Of a stretch of 64,000 nucleotides of DNA, positions 59,427 to 64,000 are shown one piece after another. Within the stretch, counting starts at the first letter, position 1, and each line of letters begins with the position of its first letter. The position numbers were made by a program, and so were the translations under genes. This DNA is from an uncultured Bacteroidaceae bacterium. GTDB taxonomy: Bacteria > Bacillota > Clostridia > Christensenellales > CAG-917. The DNA is taken from assembly GCA_964604875.1 (NCBI GenBank), contig CAZSAC010000002.1, forward strand, positions 2,813-66,812, given 5' to 3'. The notes under the pieces were generated by a model that saw nothing but the letters and a program-made list of their open reading frames with translations, did no database searches and was not told where the DNA came from.

Positions 59427-60908
59427 TTACTGTTCCTTATTGAAAAGTTTAATTGAAGGGATAATATCACGGTTTGAAATAAAGCTTTTGATAATAGCTT
59501 TATAATTTTGATAGGTTTGAGGCAGACGCCATTGCCAGTTTCCGAAAAAGGTTGACGGAGTGTTCATTTTGGCGCGATTATCTAGGCACAAATAGTCTTG
59601 CATTGGAATAACAGCTAGGTTTGAAACGCTGTTTAAAACGCAACGTATGCCCGAATACACGGGGTTTGCGCTTTGCCCTACAACCTTTTCATATTCGGCT
59701 TTAGCCTTAGTATCCAGGGCGTTGTACCACCCTAAAAGTGTTTCGTTGTCGTGCGTACCCGTATAATATACCGTGTTTTCGTCCAGGACGTTTTGCGGCA
59801 AATATTCGTTTTCTGCTTTTCCGTCAAAGGCAAACTGTAAAACCTTCATTCCGGGGAAACAACTTTTTTTCAGCAGTTTTCGTACTGCTGGCGTAATAAT
59901 GCCCAAATCCTCGGCGATAATGCGCCCCGAAACCTCTTTTGATATGCCCTCAAACACTTGCAAGCCCACGCCCTTTGTCCATTTGCCCTCTTTGGCGGTG
60001 GTTGCCAAATACGGGATTTCAAAATAGCTTTCAAACGCGCGGAAATGGTCTATGCGGATTTTGTCAAAATATTTCAAGCTATGCAAGATACGTCTATGCC
60101 ACCACGAAAAGCCGTCTGCTTTCATCGCGCGGAAGTCGTAAATCGGATTCCCCCAAAGCTGACCGTCCTCGGCAAAGTAATCGGGCGGAACGCCTGCCAC
60201 AGTCTTAGGGTAAAGCTTATCGTCAAGCTTGAAAAGCTGCGGATTCGCCCAAACGTCGGCGCTGTCGTAAGCGACGTAAAAAGGCATATCCCCTATAAGC
60301 TCAATGTTACGTGATTTGGCATAATTCACAAGCGCGCACATCTGCAAATCAAAGTAATATTGCGTAAATTTCCAAAAGCTTATTTCGTGCGCAAGTGCGC
60401 AACCGTCCATAATAGACAAGTTTTTGCGTACGGCGAACTCTTTCGGAAAGCCTATCCAAGCCACAGAGCCGAATTTTGTCTTTAGCGCCATAAAGCTTGC
60501 GTAATCTTCCAACCACTCAGCCGACTGCGCAACAAAGCTTTCATAGGCTTTATCGGGCTTAAAACGCTCAAAAGCCTTGCGCAATAGCGCAACTTTATAG
60601 TAATACTGCGCGCCGTAATCAACAATAGAGCTTTGCCACGGAAAGCGGTCAACCTCCAAAGAAGTCAAAAGTCCGCCGTCAATAAGCAAGTCCAAGTCAA
60701 TGAAATAGGGATTGCCCGCAAACGCCGACGGCGATTGATATGGCGAATCGCCAAATGATGTGGGATTAATCGGAAGCATCTGCCAGCAGGTAATGCCGAC
60801 GTCCGCCAAAAAATCTATAAAGTTATAAGCCTCTTTGCCAAGCGTACCAATGCCGTAATTGGACGGCAAACAGGACACATGCAAAAGCGCGCCGTTTAGT
60901 CTAGTCAT
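59427..60908 (-). CDS. malQ: 4-alpha-glucanotransferase (amylomaltase, GH77)
   Basis: GIGTLG, GDMPFYVAYDSADVW and YTGTHDN motifs. The start is trimmed to ATG 60908 (MTRLNGALLHV); ATGACTAG overlaps the stop of the upstream gene. Confidence 0.9.
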   Translation of the reverse strand: MTRLNGALLHVSCLPSNYGIGTLGKEAYNFIDFLADVGITCWQMLPINPTSFGDSPYQSPSAFAGNPYFIDLDLLIDGGLLTSLEVDRFPWQSSIVDYGAQYYYKVALLRKAFERFKPDKAYESFVAQSAEWLEDYASFMALKTKFGSVAWIGFPKEFAVRKNLSIMDGCALAHEISFWKFTQYYFDLQMCALVNYAKSRNIELIGDMPFYVAYDSADVWANPQLFKLDDKLYPKTVAGVPPDYFAEDGQLWGNPIYDFRAMKADGFSWWHRRILHSLKYFDKIRIDHFRAFESYFEIPYLATTAKEGKWTKGVGLQVFEGISKEVSGRIIAEDLGIITPAVRKLLKKSCFPGMKVLQFAFDGKAENEYLPQNVLDENTVYYTGTHDNETLLGWYNALDTKAKAEYEKVVGQSANPVYSGIRCVLNSVSNLAVIPMQDYLCLDNRAKMNTPSTFFGNWQWRLPQTYQNYKAIIKSFISNRDIIPSIKLFNKEQ

Positions 60909-61335
60909 CGCAAGGGGAATTATGAGTAACGGCTTTTCCAAGCCTATTTGCCCAGTTTTCGGGGAAACGTGAGCAGTATTTAACGCCATTATCCAGTCTA
61001 ATGGCTTTGCATTTTTTTGAATTGCACCAAATATATGAGGGAATACCCACAACAAACATATAAAAAACGCCGAAAATCAACGATTGAATGGTATGCCCGT
61101 ATTCGTGCACGGAGACAGGCTCAATGTAGTCGTCGCCCCGTTTCCCGCAGACGAAGATAAACGGCCCGAGCGACACTCCGCCCCAGTTGCCGTTGTGAAT
61201 GGTCAAAATTGCGCCGTGGTAAAACTTATGTTGGCAGTCCCTGTGTTTCAAGAAAAGCAGAAACCCCAAAAACGTTTGGATTATGCCCCAACTAAGCTGA
61301 ATTATCCAATAAAAAAAATAACCGATATACTTCAT
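60901..61335 (-). CDS. Small membrane protein with an HExxH motif, unknown function
   Basis: 144 aa. Two to three hydrophobic segments and VHEYGHTIQS. GAGGA ribosome-binding site. Translationally coupled to malQ. Confidence 0.55.
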   Translation of the reverse strand: MKYIGYFFYWIIQLSWGIIQTFLGFLLFLKHRDCQHKFYHGAILTIHNGNWGGVSLGPFIFVCGKRGDDYIEPVSVHEYGHTIQSLIFGVFYMFVVGIPSYIWCNSKKCKAIRLDNGVKYCSRFPENWANRLGKAVTHNSPCDD

Positions 61336-61499
61336 TTTTTCCTCGTTAATATATTAACATAATGTGTCTTTGAAAACAACCTTTAAGCCCAAAATTTTCG
61401 ACATTTTCTGCAAAAGCCCTCTGCAAGGCTAAGACAGCAATTATCCCCGCCCGTCTATAGTATGGTTTTTTTATAAAAAATGAAACAAAAAGAAATCAA

Positions 61500-62159
61500 T
61501 CAAGAGCGTTGCTCGATAACGTATTGGAAAACAATCGGAACGCCGCTGTTGGTCGTATACGCGCTCGATTTATCAAAGGTCCCCGCCTCGGCAGGGTCGG
61601 ACGAATCCACATAGGTATGCTTGTAGATATTGTTTGCGTTGTGATACGATACCGTCAAAACGCCATATTTTTTGTTTAGCACTTGCTTGACTAAAACGGA
61701 GACGACAATATAAGGGTCTTTGTTTCCGCCTGTGACTACTTTTAATCTTTGCGTTGGTTGACACCCAGCTGGATAGTTTTTGGCAAGGACATCTTCAGGC
61801 GTCTCTTCCCCAACGGCGGGCGCGCGCCAAACCTTATCCGTGTTTAAAAAAACCAAAGATATATCCATAACAAAAATTGTGTCATATAACCTTTTAACCA
61901 GTTTTTCGGCAAATTCTTGTTCATACACGCCGTTTAAAAGGTTGAAATTTGGGCTAATGCCCTCATACCGCATATCAATGACGCTTGCAATCGCCTGACG
62001 GAAAACCTCCTCGGCGTCGCTTTCGGCGGAATAACGCTCCCTCTTTTCAATGGCTTTGTTTACGTTCGGCACGGCAAACCCCACCAAAATTGCCATTATG
62101 GCAATGGTGACAACCATTTCAACCAAAGTAAAGCCTTTTTTGTTTCTCCTAAGCGTCAA
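61500..62159 (-). CDS. Prepilin-type N-terminal cleavage/methylation-domain protein (type IV pilin/pseudopilin-like)
   Basis: 219 aa. MTLRRNKKG|FTLVEMVVTIAIMAILVGFAV has a class III signal with Glu at +5. TTG start preceded by GAGGTGG. Confidence 0.7.
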   Translation of the reverse strand: MTLRRNKKGFTLVEMVVTIAIMAILVGFAVPNVNKAIEKRERYSAESDAEEVFRQAIASVIDMRYEGISPNFNLLNGVYEQEFAEKLVKRLYDTIFVMDISLVFLNTDKVWRAPAVGEETPEDVLAKNYPAGCQPTQRLKVVTGGNKDPYIVVSVLVKQVLNKKYGVLTVSYHNANNIYKHTYVDSSDPAEAGTFDKSSAYTTNSGVPIVFQYVIEQRS

Positions 62160-62224
62160 ATTTCCACCTCTTGTTCAATATAATATATTATACAACTTAT
62201 TTTCAACATCTGTCAATATCCCGC

Positions 62225-63150
62225 TTAGGTATTGTCTTCTAAATAATGCTTAGAATGTTTTTTAATCTTTAAAAATTGCATAGAAGCTAGGAAAAAGGCA
62301 AAATAAGGTGTTGTATAAACCATTGTGTTTCCAAAGAAAGCCGAAACACTATATGCAAAAACTACACACACCCCAATTAGTTGTAAGTCATTCAGTTCTT
62401 TATTTTTTATTATCGCCTTAACATAAGAATATCCGATAAATACTAAATAAGCTATCAAAGCAGGTATACCGCAAAATAATGCAAGTTGGATAAATTCGTT
62501 ATGTGGTGATAAAGCCAAATCCGGAAAAACCCCGTGAGAATAGTTATCTATCCCTATTCCAAAAATAGGATTCTGTGCAATTAGTTTTAAGCTTTCTCTC
62601 CAAAGCTGTATCCTATGTGAGCCGTAAGTGTCTTGCACCTCTGTAGTAACTTGCGAATAAGCAGGGACACTTATAAAAAGCTCTCTTAATTTATCGAAAA
62701 TTGGTAGCTCAATAAAGTAACAAACGCTTATAACAAAACACGCAACTATTATCAAATATTCCAATTTAAACTTTCTTGAAACCCAAAAAGCAACGATAAT
62801 CCCAACAATCCCAAAAACAACCCCTAACATACCGCCCAAGGTATTTGTATAAAAAAGCGTAACAAGGTTTATTTCACTTGCAATTATGTATGCAATTTTA
62901 AGCCATTTAGATTTTGCGCAAATAAACAAAAACCCCCAAGAAGATAAAGCAATCCGCCCCAAAGCATTGGCATACTCGCATTTGTTAAACCGTGTCTAAG
63001 TTCAAAAATTAGTGGACTTATTTGCATTGTTATTAGATATATCAAGTTTTGAAAAAACAAAAAATAAAAAGATAAAATAAAAACATATTTTCCAATACGC
63101 ATTAAATAAAACAGCAACATACTAAGCTTTACATTTTCAATTTTTTGCAT
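62225..63150 (-). pseudogene. O-antigen-ligase-like (Wzy_C-type) multi-pass membrane protein, split by a frameshift at a G5T5 run
   Basis: Two overlapping ORFs in different frames (63150-62884 and 62962-62225), both very hydrophobic. The downstream part carries SPHNEFIQLALFCGIPALIAYLVF, the HN..(L/I)Q....G motif of the O-antigen ligase family. Adding 1 nt in cttgggggtttttg (about 62927-62937) joins the frames. Confidence 0.6.
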
Positions 63151-63318
63151 AATTGCCCTCGCTTTTATTTTAATTATAAAGATTGGTTATGTCAAGGACA
63201 TTTACAATTTAATAAAACACCCTATTGTATAATTGAATATAATATGGTATAATGAATTGACAATTTAAATTGTTTGGTTTAGAATATTTGAAATTCAAAC
63301 ATATTGGAGTTGATGCTT

Positions 63319-63759
63319 ATGAAATATATAAAACTGAATAGGCGAGGCTTTTCCTTGGTCGAGCTGATTGTGGTCATTGCCATTATGGCGGTGCTTGCAG
63401 GTGTGGTCACAGGCTCGGTGTTTAGTCAGCTAAACAAATCAAAAGACGAGACCGCAAAGATTGAACAAGGGCATTTGATAAGAGACATTCGAGATGAGTG
63501 TTTAGAAGCCAAAAATCTAGGCAGAGACTCTGACATTAATTTAGAACATATGTTAAAAATGTTAGAATCAGATTTTCCCGATATGGTCAGTTTTACAGAA
63601 AAAGGAAAGTCTGCCGAACACAAATATTTGGTCGAATACGATGGCACAACAAATATATTTTCTGTCTCATTTATCTTGCTTGGTAGCGGAAATAAAGGCA
63701 AAACATATATTGCAAAATATAATCATGAAACCCAAGAAACCTCATATGAGATAAAATAA
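63319..63759 (+). CDS. Prepilin-type N-terminal cleavage/methylation-domain protein (type IV pilin-like)
   Basis: MKYIKLNRRG|FSLVELIVVIAIMAVLAGVV with Glu at +5. ATG 63319 lies 9 nt after GGAG; the track start 63304 is inside the ribosome-binding site. Confidence 0.7.
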   Translation: MKYIKLNRRGFSLVELIVVIAIMAVLAGVVTGSVFSQLNKSKDETAKIEQGHLIRDIRDECLEAKNLGRDSDINLEHMLKMLESDFPDMVSFTEKGKSAEHKYLVEYDGTTNIFSVSFILLGSGNKGKTYIAKYNHETQETSYEIK

Positions 63760-63788
63760 AAAAACCTAGGCAACTTGCCTAGGTTTTT
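63757..63788. terminator. Bidirectional hairpin terminator
   Basis: Arms cctaggcaa/ttgcctagg (63765-63783), flanked by A8 and T5. Confidence 0.65.
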
Positions 63789-63806
63789 AATATCCAAATA
63801 TTTTTT

Positions 63807-64000
63807 TTACGAACCACTATACGCAACAACTGTTGCAACACCTGTAGTAGCATTATAAGTCAATGTTTGACCTGCTAAACCATCGGCTTTTACTTGATCA
63901 TAAACAACGGAAGCAACAAAATTACCCGTATATACAACGGCAAATTTATGACTTCCTGCTTTAACTAATTTTAAGTCGCTATCAGATGTGGGTGCCGCAC
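63807..64000 (-). CDS. C-terminal end of an unidentified protein (runs off the window end)
   Basis: Hand translation of the minus strand is open to the window edge: ...AAPTSDSDLKLVKAGSHKFAVVYTGNFVASVVYDQVKADGLAGQTLTYNATTGVATVVAYSGS*, with stop TAA at 63809-63807. A terminator follows. Not in the ORF track. Confidence 0.4.
   Translation of the reverse strand, partial: AAPTSDSDLKLVKAGSHKFAVVYTGNFVASVVYDQVKADGLAGQTLTYNATTGVATVVAYSGS

Overview
The window is a 64-kb chromosomal segment from a low-GC Gram-positive (Bacillota/Clostridia-like) genome, judged from gene content and order, GGAGG-type ribosome-binding sites and a CIRCE element. All calls come from reading the sequence and the ORF track by eye; no searches were run.

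**1-34 kb: mostly ordinary housekeeping genes.**
- ylxM-ffh-rpsP-KH-rimM-trmD-rbgA-rnhB-yraN cluster
- an AbrB-like regulator with an ABC-2 exporter
- serC-serA
- two unknown multi-pass membrane proteins
- a radical-SAM enzyme
- pgsA-like gene plus valS
- an MFS transporter and a GH3 beta-glucosidase
- nnr-recX
- aminotransferase-tyrS-yigZ-ilvE
- a NifU-like + 'GGGtGRT' pair of unknown function
- dnaX-ybaB-recR
- a SPOR-like protein, dCMP deaminase, and CIRCE-groES-groEL

**34-39 kb:** an XRE/cupin regulator followed by potABCD.

**39-64 kb: more accessory in character.**
- an SDR oxidoreductase
- two tandem YegP/DUF1508 paralogues
- upp facing a uracil permease that has a long structured leader
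- two tandem giant surface proteins (2463 and 1933 aa, 13.3 kb together) with YDG-type repeats and C-terminal TM anchors
- yitT, malQ and a small HExxH membrane protein
- a locus of prepilin-type genes around a frameshifted O-antigen-ligase-like gene

I recognised no rRNA, tRNA, CRISPR array, transposase, integrase or known defence system. I see no clear-cut new system. The best candidates for follow-up are:
- the giant adhesin pair
- the pilin/ligase locus
- the GGGtGRT pair
- the DUF1508 pair
- the leader-peptide attenuator candidate upstream of the uracil permease
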